Of a DNA stretch of 64,000 nucleotides, positions 10,302 through 20,338 are shown piece by piece. Under the pieces are notes generated by a model. The model did no database searches, had not been told where the DNA came from, and saw nothing but the letters and a program-made list of their open reading frames with translations. The stretch lies in the NCBI GenBank assembly GCA_035288545.1, contig DATEAB010000045.1, forward strand, positions 1,329-65,328, written 5' to 3'. This DNA comes from an archaeon (GTDB lineage: Archaea > Aenigmatarchaeota > Aenigmatarchaeia > CG10238-14 > SCSR01). Positions within the stretch are counted from its first letter, which is position 1. The number at the start of each line of letters is the position of its first letter. The position numbers and the translations under genes were made by a program.

Positions 10302-12017
10302 ATGGGGAGAAGATTGAGACAGATGGCAGAACAAAGAGTTTTGACCGCAGAAGAAATGGCAAAGACGATGCGCGAAGTCTCTGTCGCCGAGTTCTTCGAA
10401 AAAAACAGGCACCTGCTTGGGTATGAAAACACGACGAAGGCATTGATAACAATTATCAAGGAACTTGTGGACAATTCGCTCGATGCGTGCGACGAGGCTG
10501 GCATACTTCCAGACATAAAAGTGCAGATAAAGGAAGTCGGCCCTGATCGTTTTCGAATTTCAAACGAGGACAACGGGCCTGGAGTTGTTGCAGAAAAAGT
10601 TCCTTTCGCGTTCGGCTCGCTTCTGTACGGAAGCAAGTTCCACCGCCTTCGACAGTCGAGAGGAACTCAAGGTATCGGAGTCAGCGGCGCAATACTTTAC
10701 TCGCAGCTGACGGCTGGAAAGCATGCGAAAGTTTCTGCTTCGACCGGAAAAGCACTCCATGATTTCGAGATCGGGATTGATGTTGCGAAGAACCAGCCGC
10801 ACGTTTTCTCGCACAAGGAACAGAAAAATCCTGACAACTGGCACGGGATAAGAATCGAGATGGAGGCAGAGGGGCGTTACATAGAAGGAAAGCAATCGGT
10901 CGCGGAATATCTTAAGCAGACTGCCATCGCTAACCCGCATGCGAAAATTGTTTACGACGGACCGAACGGAAAAATTAATTTTGACCGCGTGCTGAAAGAA
11001 GTTCCGAAGCAGCCGAAGGAAATTCGCCCTCATCCGTATGGAATCGAGCTCGGAATTTTGCGGAGAATGCTTGCAGGCACGAAGGCGCGAAACGTTGTCG
11101 GCTTTCTCACCTCGGAATTTTCCCGAGTAGGAAAAGGTTCGGCCGAGCAGATTTGCAAGCTTGCGAAGATTGAGTTCAGCCGCAAGGCACAAAGCCTGAC
11201 GCACGAGGAGTCAGAGCGACTGCACAAGGCGATGCAGATGGTCAAGCTCATCGCGCCGCCGACCGACGTGCTGAGTCCGATGGGGGAGCATGTCATAACC
11301 GAAGGGTTGAAGAAAGAATTGAAGGCCGATTTTTACGTTGCAATCTCCCGCTCGCCGACAGTCTATCGCGGATATCCGTTCCAGGTCGAGGTCGGAATCG
11401 CTTACGGCGGGGAACTACAGCAAGAAGGTACTGCTCAATTGTTCCGGTTTGGGAACAAAGTTCCGCTGCTTTACCATCAGAGCGACTGCGCGACTGCATC
11501 AGCGGCAACAGAAGTCAACTGGCGCTCTTACGGACTTTCGCAATCCGGAGGAGGCCTGCCTCAGGGGCCGGTCGCAATTTTAATCCACTTCGCCTCCGTG
11601 TGGGTGCCGTTCACATCAGAAGGAAAGCAGGCGATTGCGGAATATCCGGAAATCGTAAAAGAAATAAAGCTGGCACTGCAGGATGCCGGACGAAAGCTCT
11701 CGCACTTCGTCAATCAGAGAAGGCGGGCGCAGGCACAGGCAATGCGCAGGCAGATTTTCGAAAGATACATGCCGGTCGTTGCTGAGTCTCTTTCAAAACT
11801 CACGAAGAGAGACGAAAAAACTATTTTAAAGAAGTTTGAGGATGTAATAAAGAAGAGAGCAGCAATTATGGCGGAAGCAGAAAAATCTGAGGAAGAAAAT
11901 AAAGAAGGAAAGGAAGACGTCGGGGAAGTCATCGGAGAAAGTATGGTTGAGGTGGAAGAGGGTAACGAGGAAAAAAACGAGAAAGACAAGGAAAAGAAAA
12001 AAGGTGAAGAGGAATGA
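10302..12017 (+). CDS. top6B: DNA topoisomerase VI subunit B
   Basis: SVAEFFEKNRHLLGY, KELVDNSLDA, DNGPG, QSRGTQGIG GHKL motifs; charged C-terminal tail. Confidence 0.97.
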   Translation: MGRRLRQMAEQRVLTAEEMAKTMREVSVAEFFEKNRHLLGYENTTKALITIIKELVDNSLDACDEAGILPDIKVQIKEVGPDRFRISNEDNGPGVVAEKVPFAFGSLLYGSKFHRLRQSRGTQGIGVSGAILYSQLTAGKHAKVSASTGKALHDFEIGIDVAKNQPHVFSHKEQKNPDNWHGIRIEMEAEGRYIEGKQSVAEYLKQTAIANPHAKIVYDGPNGKINFDRVLKEVPKQPKEIRPHPYGIELGILRRMLAGTKARNVVGFLTSEFSRVGKGSAEQICKLAKIEFSRKAQSLTHEESERLHKAMQMVKLIAPPTDVLSPMGEHVITEGLKKELKADFYVAISRSPTVYRGYPFQVEVGIAYGGELQQEGTAQLFRFGNKVPLLYHQSDCATASAATEVNWRSYGLSQSGGGLPQGPVAILIHFASVWVPFTSEGKQAIAEYPEIVKEIKLALQDAGRKLSHFVNQRRRAQAQAMRRQIFERYMPVVAESLSKLTKRDEKTILKKFEDVIKKRAAIMAEAEKSEEENKEGKEDVGEVIGESMVEVEEGNEEKNEKDKEKKKGEEE

Positions 12018-13087
12018 AAGAATCTATAAAAAAACTTGAACAGCTTGGAGAAAAAGTGCTGAAAGATGTTGAGAAAGGGGAAAATCCGAATCTTGACATC
12101 CCGCTGAGAACTCTTTCAAATGTCAAGTACGACAAGAAGACTGGAATGCTGACGATTGGCGACAAGTCTGCAAAAAGATATTTCTTCAACGTCGCTCACG
12201 CCAAAAAATTCATGCAGACAATGATGGTTGCTGCTTTTACAAAGGAATTGCTTGAAGAAGGCATACATACGAGCCTCAGGGATGCGTTCTACGCACTGAA
12301 GCGAACTTTTCCTAACTCTAATGAAAACACTTTTGATGAGCAAAGCGAAAGCGATCCGATAATCGTTGATATCGAGGTCGCCCTTGACATTTTACGTGAG
12401 CAATTGCATTTGTCAGCTGACGTGCGCGGCCGCGTGGTCGGAGATGTCGTTATCGAGGACAGAGGAGACTCGGTCGACTGGTCGAAGCTCGGCTCTGGCG
12501 GCTGGAGCATGCCGTCGAATGTGGAGGAAATAAAATTCAAGAAAGTGAAGGCAGATTTCATACTTGTAATAGAGAAGAACGCAGCGTTCGAACGATTGCA
12601 TGAAGATAAATTCTGGCAAAAACACAAATGCATCTTGCTGACAACGCAAGGTCAAGCAGCTCGCGGTGTGAGAAGAGTAATTCAACGTCTTTCTTCAGAA
12701 TTCAAACTCCCGGTTTACGTTTTGACTGATATCGACTCATACGGGCTTTACATCTACTCGGTTATCAAGCGCGGGTCAATTTCACTGAGTCATGTTTCTG
12801 ATCGCCTAGGCACGCCGAACGCGAAATTCCTTGGGCTGACGATGGACGATATAGAGAAGTACGGGCTGCAGAAGTTCACCATCAAGGCGGAAGACACTGA
12901 CATAAAGCGCGCGCAGGAGCTGATGAACTACGAATGGTTCAAGAGTCCTGACTGGCAAAGACAGCTTAAGATGCTGATGCAGAAGAAGATAAAGGCGGAA
13001 CTTGAGGCGCTGTCCGGCCGCGGGCTGAAATTCATGACAGAAACTTACTTGCCTGAGAAGCTGAAGAAGAAAGAATTTCTTGACTGA
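12014..13087 (+). CDS. top6A: DNA topoisomerase VI subunit A
   Basis: SLRDAFY catalytic Tyr, FDEQSESD, TOPRIM VIEK and TDIDSYG, KAELEAL. Confidence 0.97.
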   Translation: MKESIKKLEQLGEKVLKDVEKGENPNLDIPLRTLSNVKYDKKTGMLTIGDKSAKRYFFNVAHAKKFMQTMMVAAFTKELLEEGIHTSLRDAFYALKRTFPNSNENTFDEQSESDPIIVDIEVALDILREQLHLSADVRGRVVGDVVIEDRGDSVDWSKLGSGGWSMPSNVEEIKFKKVKADFILVIEKNAAFERLHEDKFWQKHKCILLTTQGQAARGVRRVIQRLSSEFKLPVYVLTDIDSYGLYIYSVIKRGSISLSHVSDRLGTPNAKFLGLTMDDIEKYGLQKFTIKAEDTDIKRAQELMNYEWFKSPDWQRQLKMLMQKKIKAELEALSGRGLKFMTETYLPEKLKKKEFLD

Positions 13088-13142
13088 TTTGGACTGAGAA
13101 AAAACTTCAAATAAATATGCTTCTTTCTCTAAATGAGATATT

Positions 13143-13841
13143 ATGTCCAGGAAATTTAAGAAACACATTGCACTAATTCCCGCGTTCAATGAGGAGCGAA
13201 ACATCGAAGAAGTAATCCTGCATATGCGCAAGCATCCACATATCGACGTGATTGTTATTGACGACGGAAGCACTGACACAACACCTGAGATTGTGAAGAG
13301 GATGGGAGTAATTCTTGTCAGGCATGAGGTCAACAAGGGAAAGGGCGAGGCTCTCAACACAGCCTTCCGCTACATTTTGAAAAATCACCGTCGCGCAAAA
13401 TACGTCGTGCTTATTGACGCCGACCTCCAGTACCATCCCAACGATGCTTGGAAACTTTTGGAACCGCTGGAAAACGGAGAGGCAGATTTTGTCATGGGTT
13501 ATCGCAACTTCAAAAGAATGCCCTTCCGCCACGTTTTGGGAAATTTCGTATGGCGGACTTTTTTCAACACAATGTTCGGAACTGATTTCCCTGATACAAA
13601 CTGCGGATACATGGCAATGACGACTGATGCGATAAAAAAGATCGGAAGAGTTCATGGCGGTTATATAATTGAAAACTCCATGCTTGCACAGTCAGTGAGA
13701 AAGCATCTACGCGTCAAGCATGTCGGGGTGAAGGTAAGCTACAAGCACATCAGCGAAGTCCCTCGCGGCATTCGTGTTGTCGCCGGCGTGCTGATTTACA
13801 TATTTACAGAAGGATTTAAATATCGATTAGGAATTAAATAA
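13143..13841 (+). CDS. Glycosyltransferase family 2 (DPM-synthase-like)
   Basis: IPAFNEE, IDDGSTD, NKGKG, DADLQY. Confidence 0.92.
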   Translation: MSRKFKKHIALIPAFNEERNIEEVILHMRKHPHIDVIVIDDGSTDTTPEIVKRMGVILVRHEVNKGKGEALNTAFRYILKNHRRAKYVVLIDADLQYHPNDAWKLLEPLENGEADFVMGYRNFKRMPFRHVLGNFVWRTFFNTMFGTDFPDTNCGYMAMTTDAIKKIGRVHGGYIIENSMLAQSVRKHLRVKHVGVKVSYKHISEVPRGIRVVAGVLIYIFTEGFKYRLGIK

Positions 13842-13851
13842 ATTGCTAGTC

Positions 13852-13947
13852 GGGACAGTAGCTCAACCCGGGAGAGCAACTGATGATGAATCAGCTCTAT
13901 ATCGCCTGAAGAGCGATGTGTTCGGAGTTCAAATCTCCGCTGTCCCA
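13852..13947 (+). tRNA. tRNA-Phe(GAA) with a 22-nt intron at 26/27 (13879-13900)
   Basis: GGGACAG/CTGTCCC acceptor; ATCGC-CTGAAGA-GCGAT anticodon arm; BHB helix AGAG/CTCT with CA|A and AT|A bulges. Confidence 0.9.
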
Positions 13948-14005
13948 TACTTTTAACGGGCAAAATAAAATAAGTAAATAGAAAAATGGAACGAGTTGAA
14001 AAGAA

Positions 14006-14578
14006 ATGCAGGAAAAAATTTTGGAAGGAGAATTAATTGAAAATCGCGTGATACTTTGGGATAGCGAAGCTGTCAGCATTTACGACGAGAACGGTTATGG
14101 GAAGCCGCTGCCTGAAGAAAAACCAAATCGCGTCGAACTTGAGCTGATTGAAGCAGTTTACCTTGTAGAGAAAGAGAAGTTGAAAGTTTTTGTGAAGGAA
14201 GAGGGTAAGAAAAAAAAGAAAGAAGTTGAGTTTAAAGAGTTGTTGGAGATAGGAAGCAAACAGGTGAACGAATTTCATCCGCAATTCATAGTTTTTCGCG
14301 ATTTGCGCGAGCGCGGCTACTTGGTCAAATCAGGGTTCAAGTTCGGCACCCACTTCCGATTGTACGAACGCGGTGTGAAGCTGAAAAGAGGGCCGAAGGA
14401 GGCAGGCGAGCACACAAAGGCCGTCGTGCATGCGGTTCCTGAAGAGGCTGCGTTCAGTCTTCCTGAGATGTCCCGTGCAGTGCGGCTTGCCCACAACATT
14501 CGAGCGACTTTCTGGTGGGCTGTTGTTGATCGTGAAGGCAGTGTAACGTATTACGAAATAAAGAGGCTTACTCCTTGA
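14006..14578 (+). CDS. endA: tRNA-intron endonuclease
   Basis: LELIEAVYL, VFRDLRERGYLVKSGFKFGTHFRLY, His in GEH, AVVDREGSVTYY. Confidence 0.92.
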   Translation: MQEKILEGELIENRVILWDSEAVSIYDENGYGKPLPEEKPNRVELELIEAVYLVEKEKLKVFVKEEGKKKKKEVEFKELLEIGSKQVNEFHPQFIVFRDLRERGYLVKSGFKFGTHFRLYERGVKLKRGPKEAGEHTKAVVHAVPEEAAFSLPEMSRAVRLAHNIRATFWWAVVDREGSVTYYEIKRLTP

Positions 14579-14594
14579 GTGATTAGTGTTTATT

Positions 14595-14942
14595 ATGGGA
14601 CGAATAAAAACTACTTTTATAAAAAACCTTGCGCGCGAATTGATCGAGAAAGAGACCGAGAAATTTTCTGCTGACTACAAGAAGAACAAGGAAATTGTCA
14701 AGCAGCTCGTCGACATAAAATCCAAACGAATGAGGAACATTGTCGCTGGATACATAACTGCGCTGAAAGGAAAGGAGAAAAGAACTGCTGTTGGCGGCTG
14801 GGACTACAGGGAAAGAGGTAGCACGGGAAGGGAGGATAGAGAAGGAAGAGGAAGCGGGAGAATGGGCGGAAGAGGAGTCGGAGGAGGCCGAGGCGGAAGG
14901 AGCGACAGGGGCGAGAGAAGAGGAGGAAGAGGCAGAAGATAA
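14595..14942 (+). CDS. rps17e: 30S ribosomal protein S17e with Arg/Gly-rich C-terminal extension
   Basis: MGRIKTTFIK, NKEIV, SKRMRNIVAGYIT. Confidence 0.93.
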   Translation: MGRIKTTFIKNLARELIEKETEKFSADYKKNKEIVKQLVDIKSKRMRNIVAGYITALKGKEKRTAVGGWDYRERGSTGREDREGRGSGRMGGRGVGGGRGGRSDRGERRGGRGRR

Positions 14943-14982
14943 AAGATAATTATAATTCTTTAAAAGAGCAATTAATTTCTAG

Positions 14983-16125
14983 GTGTATTTTTTGAAAGGG
15001 CGTCTTCGTCTTGGTTTGAAAGGTCAGGCACAAAAAATCGATGAGTTCGCGTTTGTCCTCATGGCAGGAGTCGTCCTTATTCTCGTGCTGACGATTGCAT
15101 GGGGTTCTCTGGCCCGCGGGCCGGTTGGGGTTTCTCCTACAGAAAAAGTTCTGACAATTGCACGCGGCGACTCGAAAGATTTTACCCTGGCAATCAACGG
15201 GACGGCAATCAACGTCACGCTGCAGACAAGAGGGGAGATAGCGAATTGGATCAGCTTTGAGCAGAACAATTTCGATGTGGACGGCACGACAGAAGTGCAG
15301 GCGACCGTATTCGTGCCAAGCGACGCAGAGGAGAGGATATACGAGGGAAAGATAGACGTAATAACTGGGACAAACAAGAAGACTGTTGATGTGAGGGTGC
15401 AGATTTCCGCCACCACGGTTGCAGACGTCGTGAAGAACATTCGGTTCGGAGACTTTTCTGTCAGTTATTCCGTAGGTTCTGAGACCGCTGGGGAAAGAAG
15501 TAATTTCGAGGTTTCTCATGGATACTTCTCAGACTATCCAGCCACAGTCGTCGCGGTTTTGACTCAGGACAGGCTCGACATCACTACTGCCGGGGAAATC
15601 ATGATTGAGGTCGACCAGACGAACGACGCAGGCAATCTCATCGTCGAGTTTAACGGGCAGCAGGTCTACAACCAGCGCGCATCTCCAGGCGAGATCAGAA
15701 TTCCAGTCGACAAGTCGATGATAAAACGCTCGAACAACATCGTGCTGCGCGCGGACGTGCCAGGTTTCAGATTCTGGATGAACACAGTCTACAAAATAAA
15801 GAGCGCCTCGTTCAGCGTCGATTTCTTCGGAGTCGTGTCTAAGGACATTGAATTCAAACTCACTCAAAGCGAGCTTGATGGCTTCAAGTTCGGAAAGCTC
15901 TCATTTGCAATACGCAGATACAACCCCGCTGCAGTCAACCAGCTTGTGATAAAAATTAACGACGAGATACTCTACGACGACATACCGACAATCGCCTCAT
16001 TCTCGAAAACTTTCGGCATAGAAATTCCTCTTAACGTCGGCACAAACGAAATTTCCTTCTCAGTTCCGAAAGAGGCGTTTTATGAATTGAACAATGTGGT
16101 TCTTTCAATCGTCCGTGAAGCCTGA
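14983..16125 (+). CDS. Membrane-anchored beta-rich exported protein with pilin-like N-terminus
   Basis: Basic leader LKGQ followed by a hydrophobic helix, then beta-sandwich-like sequence. Confidence 0.65.
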   Translation: MYFLKGRLRLGLKGQAQKIDEFAFVLMAGVVLILVLTIAWGSLARGPVGVSPTEKVLTIARGDSKDFTLAINGTAINVTLQTRGEIANWISFEQNNFDVDGTTEVQATVFVPSDAEERIYEGKIDVITGTNKKTVDVRVQISATTVADVVKNIRFGDFSVSYSVGSETAGERSNFEVSHGYFSDYPATVVAVLTQDRLDITTAGEIMIEVDQTNDAGNLIVEFNGQQVYNQRASPGEIRIPVDKSMIKRSNNIVLRADVPGFRFWMNTVYKIKSASFSVDFFGVVSKDIEFKLTQSELDGFKFGKLSFAIRRYNPAAVNQLVIKINDEILYDDIPTIASFSKTFGIEIPLNVGTNEISFSVPKEAFYELNNVVLSIVREA

Positions 16126-16147
16126 AAAATTTGGAAAATTTAGTATT

Positions 16148-16945
16148 TTAAACACCAATTACAAGCCGCAGGAAATCTCGAGTCGACGTCGCGCTTCCTA
16201 AAATTCCGATTACCAGCTTCAGATAATTGTTGAAATTTCTATCGTCGGAATATTTATCAATCAGAACTAGCGCCGCGATGACCGCGACAGCCTTAACAAT
16301 TATGAATGACGCGGGACCGAACTGGCCGATGAAAAGCTTCGGAAGGAAATGCTGCTCAAGATAGCCGAAAAAATTCAACGACACGAAAGTGTTGGTAGCG
16401 TCAAACATCTGGACTGAGGCGACGACTTTGTTCGATTCTTTCCATCTGATGAAATGAAACAAAATCGGCCAGGGCGCGAAAAATGCGAGGATTAGAAAAA
16501 GAGCATTTGCGTTGAATGAAAAATTGTTTGCGTGCGCGGCCAGCAGTGCGAAGGGAATTGCTGCAAAAACAATTCCTGTCGTCGTCATTGTTTTGTAATA
16601 CGGAATCTTTCTTTTCCTTTCGATGAAAAGCGCGGCGATGAGCGTGATGAAGGTGGCTGAGAAAATTACGAAATAGATGAGAGGAGTGATGAATAGAAAG
16701 CTGAAGAAGATGTTTGCATCGACGAGGACACGCGAAGCGCTGCCGAAAATAATGAACGGAGCGATCGACATGCCGAGGCGTCTGTCGATTTTGACGTGAA
16801 GTTTGTTGAGAGCATTGTAGATAAGATAAGCTGCTATGACAAGAATCGTTGCATAAATTGTGGTGTTGATTAGATTGTAGCCTTGGTTGAGCATGATGGG
16901 ATTGACGAAATATGTTTGGAAAAAATCCTCAAGTACAGACGGCAT
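16148..16945 (-). CDS. DUF63 family archaeal membrane protein
   Basis: GYNLINT, RVLVDA, QMFDATNTF, YLEQHFLP, RDFLR motifs. Confidence 0.8.
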   Translation of the reverse strand: MPSVLEDFFQTYFVNPIMLNQGYNLINTTIYATILVIAAYLIYNALNKLHVKIDRRLGMSIAPFIIFGSASRVLVDANIFFSFLFITPLIYFVIFSATFITLIAALFIERKRKIPYYKTMTTTGIVFAAIPFALLAAHANNFSFNANALFLILAFFAPWPILFHFIRWKESNKVVASVQMFDATNTFVSLNFFGYLEQHFLPKLFIGQFGPASFIIVKAVAVIAALVLIDKYSDDRNFNNYLKLVIGILGSATSTRDFLRLVIGV

Positions 16946-16990
16946 AAATGACCTAAAAGAAATAATACCTTTCGAGTTTAAATTTAACTT

Positions 16991-17959
16991 ATGGAAGCTT
17001 TCGCCAAGAAATTTCACAAGAAAATCATTCCGATATTCTTTCTTTTCCTAGCAGTTTTCGTCTCTGGCTGCATCACCCTTGGCGGTGGGCCTGGCATACA
17101 ATACAAAAACGATGTGATTACTGTAGAGGATTATGTAATAACTGAAACGAATCCGATTCCTGGCAGCACCACCACGATAAAATTTTTGCTGAGGAACAAC
17201 GGCGACCGTGAAGTCCCGCGCGCGGTTGTTGATTTCTACGACACGAAGGGGCTGAAGACTAGCGTGAATTGCAAGAACGAAAACCAACTGAATGACCACT
17301 CGTGCCAGTACACCAAAATTGCTAGCTTTGACGACAGGACGTTTGAGATAACTTTCACTATTCCGAACAAGGAAGAGATAGATGTCAGAGGGGCTACGAC
17401 CTTCAACATCAATTACAAGATCGAGTACGACTACCAGGGATCGAGAAGGATAACGATTCCTGTCATCGACGACACAAGACTGAAAGAGCCGAGGACAAAA
17501 TATCAGACCGGCCAGCCGTCCGTCGGTCCGATTGTTGCTGAATTCGACCCGCCTGTCGGCAGGACAACGAAGAAAGACAGCCAAGTAATTAAGGAATATT
17601 GGGGCGTGAGGAATTCACCGTTTGAAATAAAAGTAAGTTTCAAAAACGTCGGCACAACCACTGTCGGGCAGATAAAGCCTGTCAACATTTCGGCAGGAAA
17701 GGCCACGCTTAAACTGACAGGACTTCACACGGACTCACAGAGGCGCTGCGACTTTTCAGGCACCAGCGGCACGATTTCCTCGAAGTTCGACATAACAGTC
17801 CCAGACAATCTTGTCTGCAATTTCATAGCAGATTTCAACAACGTCTGCCCGCCTACGTGCGAGAAGACCGTTGCAGTTGATGCATTGTTTTCGTACACAT
17901 ACAGCATACAGAGGTCAGAGACGTTGCAGATTACCGTGGAAAGAGTGAAAACGCAATAA
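16991..17959 (+). CDS. Lipoprotein-like exported protein with Ig/CARDB-like domains
   Basis: Hydrophobic leader ending VSGC; FLLRNNGD CARDB-like motif; YxY C-terminal strand. Confidence 0.7.
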   Translation: MEAFAKKFHKKIIPIFFLFLAVFVSGCITLGGGPGIQYKNDVITVEDYVITETNPIPGSTTTIKFLLRNNGDREVPRAVVDFYDTKGLKTSVNCKNENQLNDHSCQYTKIASFDDRTFEITFTIPNKEEIDVRGATTFNINYKIEYDYQGSRRITIPVIDDTRLKEPRTKYQTGQPSVGPIVAEFDPPVGRTTKKDSQVIKEYWGVRNSPFEIKVSFKNVGTTTVGQIKPVNISAGKATLKLTGLHTDSQRRCDFSGTSGTISSKFDITVPDNLVCNFIADFNNVCPPTCEKTVAVDALFSYTYSIQRSETLQITVERVKTQ

Positions 17960-18063
17960 AAAAGAACGGCTCAATGGATAAGCAACTATGCTTAAATTAT
18001 AAGCCAAAAGCGACCAAAATATAATTAATAGCAAACGACAGCGAGATGAAATGATAAGAGGAA

Positions 18064-18912
18064 ATGGCAAGAGGAAATGAAGTTATGCACAAGAAAGATT
18101 TGAAAAAACTTGCACTTCTTTTTCCAATCGTGTTTTTGGCAGGATGCATACAGCTCGGAGGCGGCGGGGCAGGCACCGGACCTGGCCTTTCTATTAATAG
18201 CTTTTCTCCGTCAGACACGCAGGTCGAACCAGGCACTACTGTTGTGCTGACTCTTATTCTCGAGAACCGCGGCAACTCTATTGCAAGAAACATACGCATC
18301 GAACTCGGCGGGTTGACCGACGACTGGCAGATTGATGGCAGAAGCAGGAGCATTCCTGACTTGGACAAGGCGGATCCCTCACGCGGAGTGAACACGGCAC
18401 CGCGCGATACTCTTGACTGGACGCTCGTTCCTCCAGGACTTTCGAACAAGCTCGATTACCAGGCAGTCGCGCAGGTGACTTACGATTACAGCACAACTCT
18501 CGACACGCTCATTCGTGCAACGTCTCAGGATTACTGGAGGACTAACAAGCCGAAGACCGGCGTTATCGGTCCGAGCAATGTCGCGACCGGCCCGATTTCC
18601 GTAACAGTCAAAGCTCCGAATTCAGTTTTCGCCGGCTCAAGCGTTCCTGTTTATTTTGAGTTCCACAACACCGCCTCAGGTCGTGTTGTCGGCCCTGCGA
18701 TTGACACGGTAAACGTGCAGATATCAGGCAGCGGAATCTCGTGCCAGAAATCTCAGGTCAAGCTGATACAAGGAAAGGACGGCTTCCTGAGGTGCGACGC
18801 GTCGACAGGCGGCGTGTCTACGTTCAAGGACTTCCGCGTGTCTATGACAGCCAGCTACGCATACCAGCTAACTTCCATCACAACGATAAGTGTTCTTCCG
18901 CGAGCTGGATAA
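18064..18912 (+). CDS. Lipoprotein-like exported protein, probable paralog of the upstream gene
   Basis: FLAGC lipobox-like motif, LILENRG, YDYST, GPI, YAY motifs shared with 16991-17959. Confidence 0.7.
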   Translation: MARGNEVMHKKDLKKLALLFPIVFLAGCIQLGGGGAGTGPGLSINSFSPSDTQVEPGTTVVLTLILENRGNSIARNIRIELGGLTDDWQIDGRSRSIPDLDKADPSRGVNTAPRDTLDWTLVPPGLSNKLDYQAVAQVTYDYSTTLDTLIRATSQDYWRTNKPKTGVIGPSNVATGPISVTVKAPNSVFAGSSVPVYFEFHNTASGRVVGPAIDTVNVQISGSGISCQKSQVKLIQGKDGFLRCDASTGGVSTFKDFRVSMTASYAYQLTSITTISVLPRAG

Positions 18913-18920
18913 ATTTTAAG

Positions 18921-19015
18921 TGGGTCCGCAGAGAATTGAACTCTGTTCTTCACCGTGCTCCCAATGTTTCTTCCAATGTTGTGAGGGTGACGTCCTACCG
19001 GTAGACTACGGACCC
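18921..19015 (-). tRNA. tRNA-Val(CAC) with a 24-nt canonical intron (18956-18979)
   Basis: GGGTCCG/CGGACCC acceptor, TCACC/GGTGA anticodon stem, CAGAG-TTCAATT-CTCTG T-arm. Confidence 0.88.
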
Positions 19016-20298
19016 TTTGCTTTCGTTTTGTCGAATTCGCTCAAGCTGCTCTGAATTTTCATTCCTGATGATTTAATTGTTGAGCTTCCGTTGAAAATAG
19101 GCTTGCCATAAACTCCATCGTATCCGGCGACAAACTTTACGTTTCCTTCGCGGATTTTCAAAATCGAGTCGGCAATTTTCTCCTGCGTCACTTTCAGCAA
19201 TTCCTCCCGCGTCACGTTCAGCAGCACGTTGAACTCATTTCCAAACCTGTTGATCAGCTTGTCCTGCTCTTCCAAAACTTTCTTCGAATACAGCTGCTCG
19301 ACGCCGAGAGTGAAGGAAATAATTTCATAAAGAGGAAGCAGGTTCTTGAAAGGTATCGCATCCTTCGGAACAAACCCTTCCGGTCTGTCCGCAAGCTGCT
19401 CCACTCGGTTGAGCACTCCAACAGTCAGCCTTCTCTTGCATCGCGGACAAATTCCATTCAATGTTTTCGTCTGATCTGGCGCGCAGCTAAACCCGCACAC
19501 GCGGTGGCCGTCGAAATGATATTTTCCGTAGTTCGGATCTGTTTCGACTGTAAACAAAAATCTTTTTTTATCTTTCTGTTTTACAGCATCAACAAAATTT
19601 TTGTAAGTAATTTCATCTTCTTTCATTTCAAAGACATTTGCCTCTCTTCCCAAACGCCAAGGATTTGCTGAGTGCGCGTCTGAATTTGAAACAAGCGTGA
19701 TTTTGTCAAGCGCGGACAGACGCCAGTTCATCGCAGGATCGCTGGACATGCCTGTTTCAACAGAAAAAATATGTTTCGTCTGATCTTTATAACATTCCTC
19801 GAGAGAGTCGAAACCAGACTTGCTGCCAAAAACTCCAAACCAGGGTGTCCATACGTGGGCTGGTGTTATCATGATGTTGCTGTCAATGCTCATCAAAATT
19901 TCCACGAACTCAGGCGAAGTAATTTTTATCATCGGTCTTCCGTCAATTTTCAAATCAACATGCTTTCCAAGCTGGTCGTTAATCTGATCTAAAATTTCGA
20001 AAGAAGGAACGTGAAACATATGATGAACTCGATGAAGTTTTCCATTCTGCTCATAATCAGTGCTCACCTCGCCTGTGATCATCCAGAAAATTTCTCCATA
20101 TTTGTAAATTCCCGTGTCGCCAATAGGTTGCAAGTTTTCTTTTAGCTCTTTCAACCATAGAGGATGAGTGCAATCGCCTGTGCCGAGAAGATTGATTCCT
20201 TTTATCTTTGCTCCTGCCTCGAGAGTTCTGACACTGAGATATTTGCTGGTTGCGCGCGAATACTTCGAATGAATTTGAAGATCAGCAATAATCTGCAT
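19006..20298 (-). CDS. Endonuclease Q family (PHP domain plus zinc finger)
   Basis: ADLQIHSKYSRATS, GTGDCTHP, PAHVWTPWF, SNSDAHS, GKYHFDGHRVC, CPRC, GYDGVYG. Confidence 0.9.
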   Translation of the reverse strand: MQIIADLQIHSKYSRATSKYLSVRTLEAGAKIKGINLLGTGDCTHPLWLKELKENLQPIGDTGIYKYGEIFWMITGEVSTDYEQNGKLHRVHHMFHVPSFEILDQINDQLGKHVDLKIDGRPMIKITSPEFVEILMSIDSNIMITPAHVWTPWFGVFGSKSGFDSLEECYKDQTKHIFSVETGMSSDPAMNWRLSALDKITLVSNSDAHSANPWRLGREANVFEMKEDEITYKNFVDAVKQKDKKRFLFTVETDPNYGKYHFDGHRVCGFSCAPDQTKTLNGICPRCKRRLTVGVLNRVEQLADRPEGFVPKDAIPFKNLLPLYEIISFTLGVEQLYSKKVLEEQDKLINRFGNEFNVLLNVTREELLKVTQEKIADSILKIREGNVKFVAGYDGVYGKPIFNGSSTIKSSGMKIQSSLSEFDKTKAKGP

Positions 20299-20338
20299 GA
20301 CAAATCAATAAAGAAAATAGATGCTTAAAGTAAAGAAG

